DNA from: Callorhinchus milii
Lineage: Eukaryota
DNA length: 64,000 nt
Reading direction: 5' to 3'
Assembly: GCF_018977255.1 (NCBI RefSeq)
Contig: NW_024704743.1
Coordinates: forward strand, 27,220,001 to 27,284,000
Each line of letters begins with the position of its first letter. Position 1 is the first letter of the stretch. The notes beneath the pieces are model-generated. The model saw nothing but the letters and a program-made list of their open reading frames with translations. It did not search any database and was not told the DNA's origin. This document shows, one piece after another, positions 12,101 to 25,600 of the stretch. The position numbers and the translations under genes were made by a program.

Positions 12101-13195
12101 GTTGAGACTATGCTGAGACTCATATTAACACAGTATGTCAAAATGAATCAAAAGAACATATGACAGATTCAGATTAAGTAGGTTTGTTGGCAGATTTGAT
12201 CTCATCCATTCAGAAGACTAACTCTGACAACTTCCCATTACAGCATCAAACTATGAGTTGAATGAATACAGTGTCCTCGCCTCTGACTCCCTTTCAAATA
12301 ATGCATTCCAACTATTCAAACAACACTATATTCAAAAGATTCGTAACATTGGCCTTCGATTTTGTAAGCTCCAGTTGATTGGTCCTATGATGTGGTTCTC
12401 ACTTTTGATTCCACTTTTCATTCAGTACATCAAAGGATTTTCGAAGATGTAAAATAAATTAAATTTTAGTTTTGTGTATTATTACTTGTAACACAAAAGA
12501 ATAAGTTGATGCATTGTGGAATTTCCTGCAGTTTTATTAAATGCAGGTTCACATTCCTACAGCACTTGAAATACATTTTTCACAGCATAATTGCAAACTT
12601 GTTTGATTATTTTCCTGACTACAAGTGTTAATATCAGTGAAGTGATTTGATTGTTCTTACACACAGATTTGGAGACTCTGACAGAAAAGATTGCATGTAA
12701 GTGATGTTTTGCAGAAATTATTTTGAAATAATCCTTGGAAAAAATGCACATGAATGCATTATGAACACTGCAATTAAGATTACAATATTTTATTTGGCTG
12801 TGTTGCCTTCTAAGGCTTAGGAAACACATCTAAACTGCAACATTTTCTAGATTTATAATTTGCATTTCCTCTTAAATTGAAGTGAATACTTTTCACAAAT
12901 TCATATATTTAACCATGTTAATTTTCAAGCTAAAATGCATTACTAGATGTATAAGGTCATAAATGGCAATACATCTCACAAAAGAATTTCAGAAGAAGTT
13001 GGATACATGCTTAAAGCAGAAACAGTTATCAGCTATCAAAAGGTAACACTGATTACTTTGAATGAACCTCAATAAAATACAAAAGAAATGTGATACTGCT
13101 TGAACTAGTTTAACTCTCAATCCTTAACAACATGATATACACAAAAGTTCTTCTCATACAATAGTGCCAAAATAGATTTCCATAATAATAATCTT

Positions 13196-13410
13196 TCATA
13201 ATAATAATTGTCACATTTGATAGAGTGTCTTTCACATCAGGAGGACATCTCAAAGTGCTTAACAAGATATACTGTAAAGTGATATAACTGCTGTATTTTG
13301 TTGACGAATGTGGCAGCTAATTTGGGCACAGCATTGTCCCACAAACAGCCATGAAGTGAATAACCAATTTAATCTGAATCAAATTGGTATTGACCCCAGG
13401 AGAAACTCCT
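13196..13410 (-). mobile_element. SINE 3' fragment
   Basis: catttgatagagtgtctttcacatcaggaggacatctcaaagtgctt...cagcattgtcccacaaacagccatgaag. Confidence 0.75.
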
Positions 13411-13689
13411 GGTGGATATACTGGAAAACACATTGTGAACAGAATATTAACACTATCACCTAAAATAACTCCAGGATTCCGAAACTCAATGGGAAGCAAA
13501 AGTACGCTGTCAAGATAAAGCAATATGTTAAGTTAGTAATAGTGTCATTATATTTAGTCAATAAAATCATGAGAGTTAGATTGAGCTTTAGGAAAAGATG
13601 AAAACTGGAAATATTCCCACCAACTATACAACTCTCGGATCAATCAGTTTGGTTTACCATCTATGCTTTAAGGGAGCAGAGGTGGTGGT

Positions 13690-15757
13690 GTACACCAGCC
13701 ACTTCTGCTCCCTTAAAGCACAGGTGCATGCTGCTGAACGCACCTGGCTTAAATTGAAGTTAATGGTCCATCAGCAGATCTAGCTGGACCTTATCAAATC
13801 CTATTACTCTGACCTCACCTCCGCTAAATCTTCGTTCTACTCCAAGACAATCTTGGAGACCAAGGAAACCCCAGGCTTCTCTTCTCCATCACCAACTGGC
13901 TCCCCGCCAACCCTCTCATGCCTCACCCATCCTCAACTCCAATGTCACTGTGAGGCGATGCTGGACTTCCTCAAATCCAAAGTTGAGGGGATCCACTCAG
14001 CTGCCTTTGCCCTTTTGTCTACTACCCCCTCCCTATCTCCCCTCATACCCCGGCCACTACCTATCCATCCTTCCACACATTCAAACCTGTCTCCCACTAC
14101 TCTTCCACCACCACAATAACCGCATTGAAACCGACCACCTGCTCCCTCGACTCCATCCCTACCTCTCTCCTTACCTCCAAGCTCCACCTCCTATCCCTCT
14201 ACTCACAGACATCATAAACCTCTCCCTGTCCACTGTTCCCACCCCACTAAAAATGCCCATCATCACTCCTATCCTTAAAAAATCCTCCCTGGACCCATCA
14301 CTGCTCTCAAATTGCCCCTCCATCTCCAACTTTCCTTTCCTCTCCAAGGTCCTAGAATAATTTGTTGCTTCCCAGCTTCACTCCTTCCTCTCCTGCCACT
14401 CCCTCCAATTGGGTTTCCGTGCCACCCAAAAAGCCCTGGTCAAAGTGACAAATAACATCTGTCCATCTGCGACCAGGGCTCCCTCTGCCTCCTCGTCTTC
14501 CTTGACATCTCTGCTGCCTTCGACACTGTTGATAACTCTATCTTCATCCACCTCCTCTCCTTTCACATCAACCTTTACCACTCTGTCCTTGACTGGTTCA
14601 GATAATGCCTCTCACACCACCTCCAACTTCATCTCAACAAACGGTTTCTCCTCTAGCATCTGACCTGTCTTGTCCGGCATTCCTCAGGGATCTGCCCTTT
14701 GTCCCCTTCTCTTCAATATCTATATGTTCCCTCTTGGTGACATCATCCGCAGAAATGGAGTCAACTTCCACATGTATGTGGGTGACACCCAACTGTACTG
14801 TACCTCTCTGCCTCCACCCTTCATTCTAGGACCGCTGCTGTCCTGACTGAATGTCTGTCAGACCTCAAGTCCTCGATGAGAGCTAACTTTCTTCAGTTGA
14901 ATATCAACAAGACCAAGGCTCTCCTGGTTGGCTCCCGACAGCATTTCCACTCCTCAGGTGCTGACAGCATCACCATCCATGGATGTACACTGCATCTTGC
15001 TAAGCCAGTCCAGAATCTTGGCATCTTGTTTAACCCTCAACTATCCTTTCTACCATACATCTGTGCCATGACCCGCTATGCCTTCCCCACCTCTGCAACA
15101 TCACCAGGCTCCACCAATGTCTCACACCGCAGGCCACCGAAACCCTCATACACACATTCATAATGTCCAGACTTTACTATGCAAACTCCTTGCTTGTTGG
15201 CCTCCCTAACCCCCCACTCCATAGGCTGCAGATCATCCAGACCACTGCAGTCCGTGTCATCTCCCACACCAGGCTAAGTGACTCTATCACCCCAATCCTC
15301 GCCAGACTCCACTGGCTTCCCATCACATAGTGGATACAGTTCAAGATCCTGGTCCTCACCTTCAAAGTCCTCCAGGGCCTTGTTACCCCCTTCCTCTGTG
15401 ACCTCCTAACCCCCTACCAACCTGCCCGCTCCTTCCGCTCAGCGAACTCCAGCCTATATCGTGTGCCCAGCCTCGTCTGCCCTACCAGCGGCGGGCGGGC
15501 CTTCTGCTGCTCTGCCCCACCCTCTGGAATTCCATCTGCAGTCCCTCCACCTTGCCCCCTCCCTTGCCTCCTTCAAGACCTATGTTAAGATCCTCCTATT
15601 TGACATGCTTTCAATCACCCTTCTCCCACCCTTGCCCTCCACCCTCCTCAATACCAACCCCTAGCTCAGGTCCGAAACACTGACTGTCCAGAGCCTTAGG
15701 ACATCCTCCTGACGTGAAAGGCGCAGTACAAATGTAATTTTGTTGTTGTTGTTGTTG
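13690..15757 (+). mobile_element. L2 LINE, ~2.1 kb 5'-truncated, frameshifted ORF2 (reverse transcriptase)
   Basis: ORF pieces [40 protein letters not shown] and [13 protein letters not shown]; ends gcgcagtacaaatgtaattttg(ttg)n. Confidence 0.95.
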
Positions 15758-15929
15758 GTTTATCTATATAATCTGCCAGTTATTGAAAACGTAGCATTCA
15801 ATTTCATAATTATCATGCAACAAGAGATTTTGGGAGCCCAACCATTTTCACAAAGTTGAGAGAAGGGGTGTGACATCTATAGCAGCACAATGTATGAGTA
15901 TTGTTCCTGGTGATAATCATGACATTGAA

Positions 15930-16990
15930 TGTCCTTGGCCCTCTCCTCTTTAATAGCTACGTGCTCCCATTTGATGACATCATCCGCAAACATGAGATCA
16001 ACTTCCATATGTATGCGGATGACACCCAACTCTATCTTTCTGCCCCCACCCTCAACTCCAGGACCACTGCTGTCCTGACAGACTGCCTGTCGGACATCAA
16101 ATCCTGGATGAGGGCAAACTTCCTACAGTTGAATATGAACAAGACTGAGTCCCTCCTGATTGGCTCGTGCCCGCGCCTCTGCACCTCAGGCTCTGGCAGT
16201 ATCAACCTCCATGGTTGCACACTACAACTCACCAAGCCGGTCAGAGGCCTAGGTGTCTTGTTCGACCCTCAACTATCTTTTCTCCCTCACATCCAAGCCA
16301 TGATCCACTCTGCCTTCCCTCACCTCCGTAACATCGCCCGACTCCGCCACTACCTCACTCCTCAGGCCACTGAAACTCTTGTTCATGCCTTCATCACCTT
16401 CAGGCTTGACTATGCAAACTCCCTGCTTGTTGGCCTTCCCAACTCCTCCCTCCATAAGCTGCAGATAATCCAGAACTCTGCAGCCCGTGTCCTCTCCCGC
16501 ACCAAAATCCATGACCCCATCTCCCCCACTCTCACCTGACTCCACTGGTTCCCTATCCTTCAGAGGATCCAGTTCAAGATCCTGGTCCTCACCTATAAAG
16601 CCCTCCATGGACTCGCCCCACCCTACCTCTGGGACCTCCTAACACCCTACCAATCCGCCCGCTCCCTTCGCTCAGCCGGCTCTGGCCTGCTCCACATCTC
16701 CCGACCCACCCGCACCACAATTGGCAGGAGAGCCTTTAGCCACTCTGCCCCAAACTCTGGAATTCCATCCCCAATCACTGCGCCTCGTCCCCTCCTTAGC
16801 CTCCTTCAAGTCCCAACTCAAGACCCTCCTCTTCGACCATGCCATCGGCCAACCCCCTTTCCCTCTCCTCCCTTCCCCTCCAACCCCAGCTCGGGTCTGA
16901 AATGCTGTACACTGTCCAGCGCCTTGGGACGTCCTCCCGACATGAAAGGCGCTATACAAATGTAATCTTGTTGTTGCTGTTGTTGTTATT
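15930..16990 (+). mobile_element. L2 LINE, ~1 kb 3' part, well preserved
   Basis: ORF 15901-16539 contains [49 protein letters not shown]; ends in a stem-loop tail plus (TTG)n. Confidence 0.97.
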
Positions 16991-18466
16991 TCACTCCCAT
17001 TGTGTCCTCGTTGCTATTCTTGGAAACAAGAAAAGCCCTTAATTGTGCCATTGAATGCTGGCATTTGTATTTGTAGTATAGAGTTGCTTTCCATCAGCAA
17101 CTCCAAAACATTGATAATGAAATTAACAGAACCAGGATAAATAATAAATGGATTGCTCCAAAAGAAGCCTTAAAAAGAAACGAAATCAATGTTATTTGAA
17201 TGTATTACCTTCTGTTTTGCTGAATATTGTCACATGTGTAACAAACAATACGACAAATGATACTGTGACAACTCTGAGTAGTGAATGTGTCAATAGATAT
17301 CACTGTAAAAGTCCTTTGCATGAATATGAATTCAACTATAAAATGGTCACAGTAAAATCCTATGAAACACATTGAGATGTCCTCCTGATATGAAAGACAC
17401 TATATCAAAAGCGAGGATTATTATTAGAAAAATTATGTTATATCATAATGTTTTCGATAAAGGTATAAACAAAACAAATTTCAGTCTGCAATCTATATGA
17501 AACTTACACCTCTATTGTTTAATAGGTGGGGAAATTGTGGTTGTTAACTATATAAGGAATTTTAATACCTACCTGAACGTTAATTAACAATCAATCCCAT
17601 TAACTTTACTCTGAGACAAATATGTCTGTGCGCTTGCTACATGTTTCCATTATACACAGAGCTCTAATTGTAATATTGAGAATGGAAGAGTTATCGTAAT
17701 CTAAAAAATGTGCTCCACATTAAAAGTCAGAATCAATAGAAATAGTTGAAAGTTAACAGCAGGTGTGGCAAAGTTTTCAATTCAATTCAACGAAAAGTGC
17801 ACAACAAGATTTTCTCTCATTACCTTACATTTTACTGCATTCCACATAAATACCTAATTTCACTCATTACCTTACATTTTAATTCATAAATACCTAAAAC
17901 AAAATCAGGAAGAATCTTTACACAGACTCCAGAAAGCTTACCCAATTTTGTATTCCACCCCCATGCACTCTATCTCCTAAAGGAACATTATGCATCAAGG
18001 CTCCTTGATTCCCAATGGAAATCAAGCAATAATTCCAGAAGGTTCATCCACTTCCGCACCTGAATCATTGAAACCTGATTGCTTTCCTGCATAGATCATA
18101 TCCCTTCCCCCCTCAACAGTGCAAAAATCACTATGCCCTGTCTACTGTTTGTTAACTTCAGTCAGCTTTTGTCACTATGTAGTGACTGTATCACCCGCAT
18201 TTTCTTCCTACCCCTCTTTGACTTTCGAATCTGCCTCATAATTCAGATTACATAGAATTAGTTAAATGGTACTGTACAGAAAAACAAACTATTCAGCCCA
18301 GATAGTCCTTGTCTGGGTTGATACTAATATTGTTTGTATTATAACAGTTCCAATTATAAAATTGAAATATTTGGAAATTTCTAAATTACAAAATATGATT
18401 AATAATATAAAAATCTAGGTATACTTCTGATCAATAAAATTCACACCAGAAATATGCATCAGATTT

Positions 18467-19680
18467 AACAACAACAACAACAACAAAATTCCATTTATAG
18501 AGCGCCTTTCACGTTATGAGGACATACTAAAGCGCTGAACAGTCAGGTGTCAGGGTCGAAGCATTGGGGAGGGGTGGTGCAGGGGTGAGGGAAGGCAGAG
18601 AGGTGGGAGGGAGACCAAAGGCACAGTTGAAGAGAAGGGTTTTGAGACCGACCTTGAAGGAGGCAAGGGAGGAAGCGAGACGAAGGGACCGTGGGATGGA
18701 GTTCCAGAGTGTGGGGGCAGAGCTGCTGAAAGCCCGGCCACCGATGGTAAGATGGGTCGGGCGGGAGACATAGAGCAGACATGGAGCCTGATGAATGGAG
18801 GGAGGGGACAGGTTGGTAGGTAGTCAGCAGGTTAGAGAGGTAAGAGGGGGCAAAGCCATAAATGGCCTTAAAATGAAGACGAGGATCTTGAACTCGATCC
18901 TCTGGGGACGGGATGCCAGTGGAGTCAGGCGAGGGTGGGAGTGATGGGGTCACGGAGACTGGTACGTGAGAGTGCATGAGCTGCAGAGCTTTGGATGATC
19001 TGCAGCTTGTGAAGGGAAGAGTTGGGAAGACCGATGAGGAGGGAGTTCCCGTAATCAAGCCTTGAGGTGACGAATGCGTGGGTGAGGGTTTCAGCAGCCT
19101 GAGGGGTGAGGAAGTGGCAGAGCCTGGCAACATTGCGGAGGTGGAGGTAGGCAGTGCTGATCATGGCGCAGATATTGGGGAGAAAGGATAGTTCAGGGTC
19201 AAACAAGATACCCAGGTTCCTGACTGGCTTAGTGAGGCTGAATATGCAGCCATGGAGGCTGATGCTGCCAGCGCCTGAGGTGCAGAGGCATTGGCGCGAA
19301 ACAATCAGGAGGGCCTCGTTCTTGCTGACATTGAGTTGGAGAAAGTTGGCCCTCATCCAGACTTGATATCGAACAGGCAGTCAGTCAGGACTTCAGTAGT
19401 CCTGAAGTTCAGGGTGGAGGCAGAGAGGTAGAGTTGGGTGTCATCTGCATACATGTGGAAATTTACCCCATGTCTGCGGATGACGTAGAGGGTGAAGAGG
19501 AGGAGACCGAGGACAGAGCCCTGAGGAACACCGCACAAGACAATGTGGGGGCTGGAGGAGAAAACGTTTGCCGTGGCAAAGTGGAGACAATGTGAAAGGT
19601 AGGACCTGAATCAATCAAGGACAGAACTTTGAAAGTTGATATGGGAGAGAGGCGGTGGAGGAGGATTGAGTGGTCCGCTT
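18467..19680 (-). mobile_element. L2 LINE, ~1.2 kb 3' part
   Basis: ORFs with [19 protein letters not shown] and MRANFLQLN; (AAC)n tail at 18467. Confidence 0.95.
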
Positions 19681-19964
19681 GCAATTATCCTACATTAAGC
19701 AGCATTCATTATAATAGATACCTCATTATAACATGGCTCCCAAGCACAATTTTCCATTGAGAGTGCCTTCTTTTAGTTTACATATTTTAATTTTAATCCA
19801 CATTCCTTCATGCAGCTTAGCAAATCAGAACAATAAAGAACCCACTCCCAAAATTTGAAAGTCAAATCTTCTTAAACCTGTTTCGCTGTTTCCTCTTCTT
19901 TCATTTTACCAAGATTCTGTCCTTAGCTTTGAAGACAAAAAAAAGTGTCTATCCTCCTTAGGGG

Positions 19965-20905
19965 GTGGAAAGGTAAGCAATGTCTCCTTGGAGCTGAACT
20001 GACTCCAAGGTGACATGCTTGGCAACAGAATGTCAGAATCATGCCACCCCGCTGGTCTGAGCAGTCTGGTTCCTGAGCCAGGCAGGTCCACATTATTCCA
20101 GGGCACTGCTAATAATAGCACAGCCAGCTTGGATCATCAGCCGGACCTGGAAGGGCAGACCAGTCAATGGGGGTAAGAAGACATCCCACTCAGTTCCTGT
20201 TAACCCTGCACGCCAAAGCCTTAATGGGAAGGGTGGTCCTAGCTGGACAAGCAGTGGGAAAGCTTGCCAGACAGCCATACCAGTGCCAAGCTATGCAGTT
20301 TTAGCTGGTTGGATTCCAGCAGTGCCCCAACGTACACTCTGGGGACCCCAAGTCTTGGTTCTTGCCAACCTGTGCCGAACGGATCGACCAAGATCCTCAC
20401 ACTTGTGTTCAAATCCATTTAGTCCATGGCTTCTCCCTACCTCTCCGACCTCCTCACTCCCCAATCCACCACCTGGCGCCTCCCCTCAACTGGCACCGGA
20501 CTTCTGCTTGTCCCTCATACCCTTCGATCTACGATTGGAAGTTGCGCTTTCAACCACTATACCCCAAAGCTCTGGAACACTCTCCCTCCATCCCTCCACC
20601 TTGCCTCTTCTCTCCCCTTTTTCAAGTCCTGCCTGAAAACCTTCCTTTTTAACCGTGAATCCTCCCCCACCCCTGGCTCAAAGTCAGGCTCCACCACTGT
20701 TAGGCACTCTGAGATACAATCCTGCATGGAGGGTACTATATAAGTGCAAGTTGTTATTGTTGTAATACTTTAATACTTTACGGATTTAGGTAAACAGGAT
20801 GGATCCCTCCAGGGAGAGAGTATGCATTCCATTCCAACAATCTATCTCTGGGATTTCCATGTATAGGTGGGATTCATGAATTCTCAGTTTGGCTTGGATA
20901 CTCTT
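19965..20905 (+). mobile_element. Unassigned poly(A) family copy interrupted by an L2 fragment
   Basis: 19975-20375 and 20763-20905 are collinear with the reverse complement of 38990-39480 and with 56690-57120. Confidence 0.8.
20388..20762 (+). mobile_element. L2 3' fragment (second tail type ...ataagtgcaagttgttattgttg), nested
   Basis: ORF ASPYLSDLLTP...KLWNTLP...FKSCLKTFLF. Confidence 0.85.
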
Positions 20906-21037
20906 ACCCTCCCACCCCCACCGCCCCTGCCTTTCACCCCTCCTGACCCGAATTCCCAGCCTGAGTCGGAAAAATCCTGACTATCTAGTGCCCTGGAACA
21001 TCTTGCCCAAAACAAGTGTAATTTGTTGCTGTTGTTC
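20906..21037 (+). mobile_element. L2 tail fragment
   Basis: ...cctgactatctagtgccctggaacatc...gtgtaatttgttgctgttgtt. Confidence 0.7.
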
Positions 21038-21044
21038 ATATGGA

Positions 21045-21350
21045 ATCCGTCCATCGAATGAGATGTTAAGCTGAAGCCCAGTCTGGCTGTTCAGGTGGAC
21101 GTTAAAGATCCGTGACATTATTCAAAAAGAGAAGTGAATTTCTCCCAGTGTCCTGACCAACAATTGACCGCAAAAATAATTGATCATTCACTCCATGCCT
21201 GTTTTTGAGACATGGCTGTGCATAAATCAGCTCCCGTGTTCACCCACAAAACACACAGTCTCTCCACTGCACAGTATATCCTGTGAAGAGCTTTGCTATG
21301 TCTCCTGAAATGAAAAGCTCCATATACGAAGTACAAAGATTATTATTATT
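21045..21350 (+). mobile_element. Deu-domain SINE, 5'-truncated
   Basis: gaatgagatgttaagctgaagcccc...ctgttcaggtggacgttaaagatcc...gtgtcctgaccaac; (ATT)n tail. Confidence 0.85.
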
Positions 21351-21544
21351 GATCTGCAGAAACTCCACTCTAGTAGTACATCATGTTAGAGCCGAGTTCC
21401 CGAGTTTCCCTGTGACACACTCTCAGTTCCCTGAAGGAGGCTTCATTTGCACGACTCAGATTTCTTATTGAGAAATGCAATTAAGAAGTGACTCCCTTTT
21501 CTTTTTGAATAGTGCAAAGGGTTCTTTCATAATAATAATCCCTC

Positions 21545-21776
21545 CAAAGGGTTCTTTCATAATAATAATCCCAGCAAAACAAAACAATAATAAATTGGTC
21601 ATTTTCAATCCACGACTGTTTGTGGGACACTGCTGTGTGCAATTGGCTGCTGAGTTTCACGCACAAATATACAGTCAATTCACTTTACAGCATATTCTGT
21701 GAAGCGCTTTGAGACGTCTAGAAGACGTAAAAAGCGCTACATTAAATGCAAGGATTATTATTATTATTATTATTAT
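21545..21776 (+). mobile_element. SINE 3' half with a 30-bp tandem duplication at its 5' junction
   Basis: aaagggttctttcataataataatccc appears twice at 21517-21573; the body is nearly identical to 39830-40030. Confidence 0.88.
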
Positions 21777-22659
21777 ATCTATCTGAAAATTAGACCGTAT
21801 GATGAAATCCCAAAGCTTGAAACAAAATTTGGAAACAGTCAGCAATGCTTCAACATGTCCTTCAAGTCTCTTTGAAAGTTTTGAAGTTAACACCATTAGA
21901 ATTTCACTAGGGGCAAGATATTTCAGGCAGTGAGTGCGCCAACTGTCTGTTCCTTAACCCATGACTTCAGAACAAATAATGCCCTGAGATGCCTTCTCTT
22001 TGTATTATAAGGAATTCTGATATCCTTTAAAATATCAACCTCAGCTAATGCAAGAAGACATCTGCATTGTTTCATTACTTCCTCTCCTTTCTAGTTCAAT
22101 CCTTCTCTGGCACTTGAGTCCTACGCAAGATCACATTTGTCCAATCTAATTTGTGGCAATAAAAACAAAAAAAAATCTTCAGTGTTAAGATCTGAGAAAT
22201 ACTTTCTATCACACCAGGGAAAGTTTTATTTACTTCCTTGTTAATTTCAATGATAGAAATATTGATAATATCAGGTCTTTTATATTCATTAAAATCTTTA
22301 TATTCAATGCTGAGATGCTATCCTGGTTGAAGAGTACTATATAAATGCAAGTTGTTGTCACTGTTGTTTAATATAAAAAGATGGCATGACTTCAGAACAA
22401 ATAATGCCCTGTATGTAGTTTAATTCTTAACCAATTTTCTTACCTTCCCCTGTTCTAAAGGTTTTCTTATATGTTGTATGGTTCCATGGGCACCAAGGAC
22501 CCATTGAACTTCATCCAAGGCATCCAATGGGTGTCGGCAGATTATTTGACTGTATCCAATGCACAGCATCATAGCTTATTCCCATTCTATTCTTGCATGA
22601 CTTTCCAGCAAGGATTCACTGCTGGAAAAATAAAGACGCCATCTATAGTCTAGATGTTA

Positions 22660-23985
22660 TGAAACTGAAAGGAGAAGATCAAAGAGATCTGGGGATTCAG
22701 ATCCACAAATCTTTAAAAGTAGCTGCACAGGTAGATAAGCTATAAAAAGGCCAATGGGGTATTGGGGTTTGTATCCAGACGGATACAATATAAAAGTAAG
22801 GAAATGATGTTGATTTGAAACAAAACCTTGGTTAGATTACATGTGGAGCATTGTATCCAATTCTGGTCTCCACACTATAAGAAGGATTATATATTTCATA
22901 TTATATGGGTTTGATTCCCAGGCAGGGCAAAATGCTATGAAAGTTTCCTTATCCCACACGCCTCTGTTTACCAGCAGTAAGTAGGAACCTGGTTGTTATT
23001 CAATTGTGGACCTCTTTTCTGGGGAAAATAATCGCTTCACCACCAAAGTAAATAATTAATTAATAATAATTTGTCACTCAATCCATGACGTGATAAGGCA
23101 CTATATCAAATGCAAGGATTATTATTATTATTAAGGATGCGATATAGCATAGGTTTACAAGGTTACAAGGTCTGTCAGGCTACTATATATTGCATGGAAT
23201 CTAGTAGCTCAGTAGTTAGAGCACTCGCCTTGCAAGCAAGAGACCTGGGTTTGATTCACGGCAGGGTAATATGTTGGGCAAGTTTCCTTATTCCACACAC
23301 CCCTGTTTACTTAGCAGTAAGTAGGAATTCGGTGGTAGTTGATTGGTGGATCGTTTTACCGGCGATAATAATTCCTTGTACAAAAAATATAATAAATTGG
23401 TCACTTTAATCCATGACTTCATGACTTTTTGTGGGTCATTGCTGTGTGCAATTTGCTTCCGCGTTTCGCCCACAAAATATACAGTCAATTCACTCTACCG
23501 TATATTGTATGAAGTGCTTTGAGATGTCTAGAAAACGTGATAAGGCACTACATCAAATGCAAGGATTATTATTATTATTATTATTATTATTATAAAGTTA
23601 GAACGGACAGGTTATGCCTTTTTTCACGAGAAAAGAGATGTTTAAGGGGGGACCTAATTATTTAAAATTATAAAAGGATTCAATAAGATTAACATAGCTA
23701 GGGTGTTTCCACTGGTTGGGAAGTCCATAAGCAGGGGATACAATTTTAAGATAGCAACTGGGGAATGTAAAAATTATTTAGGAGGAACTACTTCACACAG
23801 AGAGTCGTGAGATTGTGGAACTCGATCCCTGAAGTTAAATCAAATAGAGTAGACATATTCAAGAAAAAGTTAGTCCTCCATATGAGGGAGAGGAGAATAA
23901 AAGGGTTTGGGTGAAGATTTGCGTGAAGTATAAATGCCGGCATGGACTGGTTGGCCAAGTGGTCGGTTTCCATGCTTTTCATTCT
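22660..23985 (+). mobile_element. CR1 3' RT fragment interrupted by two SINEs (22905-23132, 23196-23593)
   Basis: DLG..IHKSLK and EHCIQFWSPHYKKD are readable at 22685-22890; CR1 resumes at about 23595 (ttcacacagagagtcgtgagattgtggaactc). Confidence 0.85.
23196..23593 (+). mobile_element. Full-length tRNA-derived SINE
   Basis: ggaatctagtagctcagtagttagagcactcgccttgcaagcaagagacctgggtttgattc... through to (ATT)n. Confidence 0.92.
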
Positions 23986-24149
23986 TCTTTGTAAGATCTA
24001 ATTATCTTACCATTCTTTTACCCACATTTCCCTCTCCCTGCTCAGCTTCCCCTGCCCCAATTTGGGATCCCAATTAATTACGTAGCACACTTTGAGACAT
24101 CTTCCAATGTGAAAAGTGCTTTACAAATGTAAATTGTTGTGTTGTTGTA

Positions 24150-24470
24150 TTAACCTTGCAAGACAAAGCCCTAAAGGGAAGGGTGATCCTAGGTGGATAA
24201 GTGACAAGAAGCTTGACAATCATTGTTTCAACTGGTTCAACAGCAAAAGTACCATCACTTATACTCCAGCCCCCAAACCTTGCCTCTACTAAACTATGCC
24301 TAATGATTTCTGGGATTAAGTGAGCAACGTGTGCACTATTGGGGAAAGAGTGTGCATTCCATTTCAGACAGACAAAAATGTCCACACGGAATATGTGGAA
24401 CTCTCAGTAGGTTTTCTGAAGAATGGCTGTGGGTTTCCATGTGTCAGAATCCCAATTGATGAAAAATAAA
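24150..24470 (+). mobile_element. Unassigned poly(A) family, degenerate 3' part (preceded by an L2 tail at 24035-24150)
   Basis: taaccttgcaagacaaagccc...ggaactctcag...gggtttccatgtgtcagaa...aaaaataaaa. Confidence 0.65.
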
Positions 24471-25224
24471 AGTTTCATAACTATATATTCATGTATTTCC
24501 TTTCAGATATCTTGCTAACAAGGTTGGATTCATTCTCTCCACTGCAGAAAAAAATGGCTTCACATGTCACGTGAAATGGGGAGTTGAAAGGAACCATCTC
24601 TCCCTAATTCGGAAAGCATCCCACTAGAGATTCAGAGCTAACACTGCAAAATTATCAGGAATATTTAAGTTTTGGAGAATTTTTCTTGACTTTTAGTAAA
24701 TAAATGCTGTCTCCCAGGCAATGCTATGAGTGCCTCGGCTGAAGGCCAGTGACCACCTTTTTGTAGAAAAACAATAACCTTTCATTGCAAGTGCCTCCAG
24801 CACCACATTAAGACAATCCTGACAATGCAATATTGCTACACTGCAAAAATTATTTGTTGCTCTTAATGGAAAAAAGAGAAAAATTATGTATAATTTATAC
24901 TTTGCAAAATAATGTTTGCACTCCCGGGCTTCCCGCAAACACGAGTTATCTGCAGTGCTTATGCAATAAAGTGAAGTTCACTTTTTCCGCTCCACTATAG
25001 AATTTGTTTTATATAAATACATTGCCCCTGACTTTCTCAATGCTACAAATGCTGATAGGTGTCCATTGGACAAACGTCATAATTCCCTTGCATGATGCTC
25101 TCGAGAAACTAGTCAGCTGCTACCCAAATTTTCCAAATATTAATATGTCGGAAATGCTGAATCTGGATGTTGACTTGATGCATATTTTAATTTCCTATCT
25201 TGTACTCTGACAGTTTTTGGAAGC

Positions 25225-25600
25225 AACGTATGTCTGACACATGCGGAAACCCATCACAAAGTATCCAAAATGGACTGAGAGTTCCACATATGAATACCAC
25301 CTACAGGTGGAAATTTCCCTGTGCCTGGAATGAAATGTTCATTATCTCCCTGGAAGAACAATCCTGCTTATCTAAATCTGTTGTGTATAAGGTGCAGATT
25401 GGCCAGAGCCATGGCTTGGACACTGCAGCGTATGTGTTGGCCTACTGCTGGAGTCAAACCAGCTAAAACTGAATAACTTGCTATTGAGAGTACTGTCTGA
25501 CAAGCTTTCCCATTTCTTGTCCTGCTAGGACCACCTTACCCATTGGGGCTTTAACTTGTAGGGTTACGTTTTGACAGGAAAGAGCTGGACGCTGTTGGAA
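25225..25600 (-). mobile_element. Unassigned poly(A) family, 3' part
   Basis: gtctgacacatgcggaaacccatcac...ccagctaaaactg...caagctttccc...gctaggaccacc; collinear with 38962-39340. Confidence 0.75.

Noticed and set aside
15901..16539. 212-aa ORF as a host gene
   Set aside because: It is an L2 reverse-transcriptase fragment truncated by a stop codon, with no upstream ORF2.
17815..17900. Short tandem duplications here and at 35476-35550 as CRISPR-like arrays
   Set aside because: Only 2-3 units, no unique spacers, and eukaryotic context; ordinary slippage duplications.
24507..24627. Plus-strand terminal exon candidate (tttcctttcag|...YLANKVGFILSTAEKNG...*)
   Set aside because: Good acceptor, but the peptide is unrecognised and no linked upstream exon was found.
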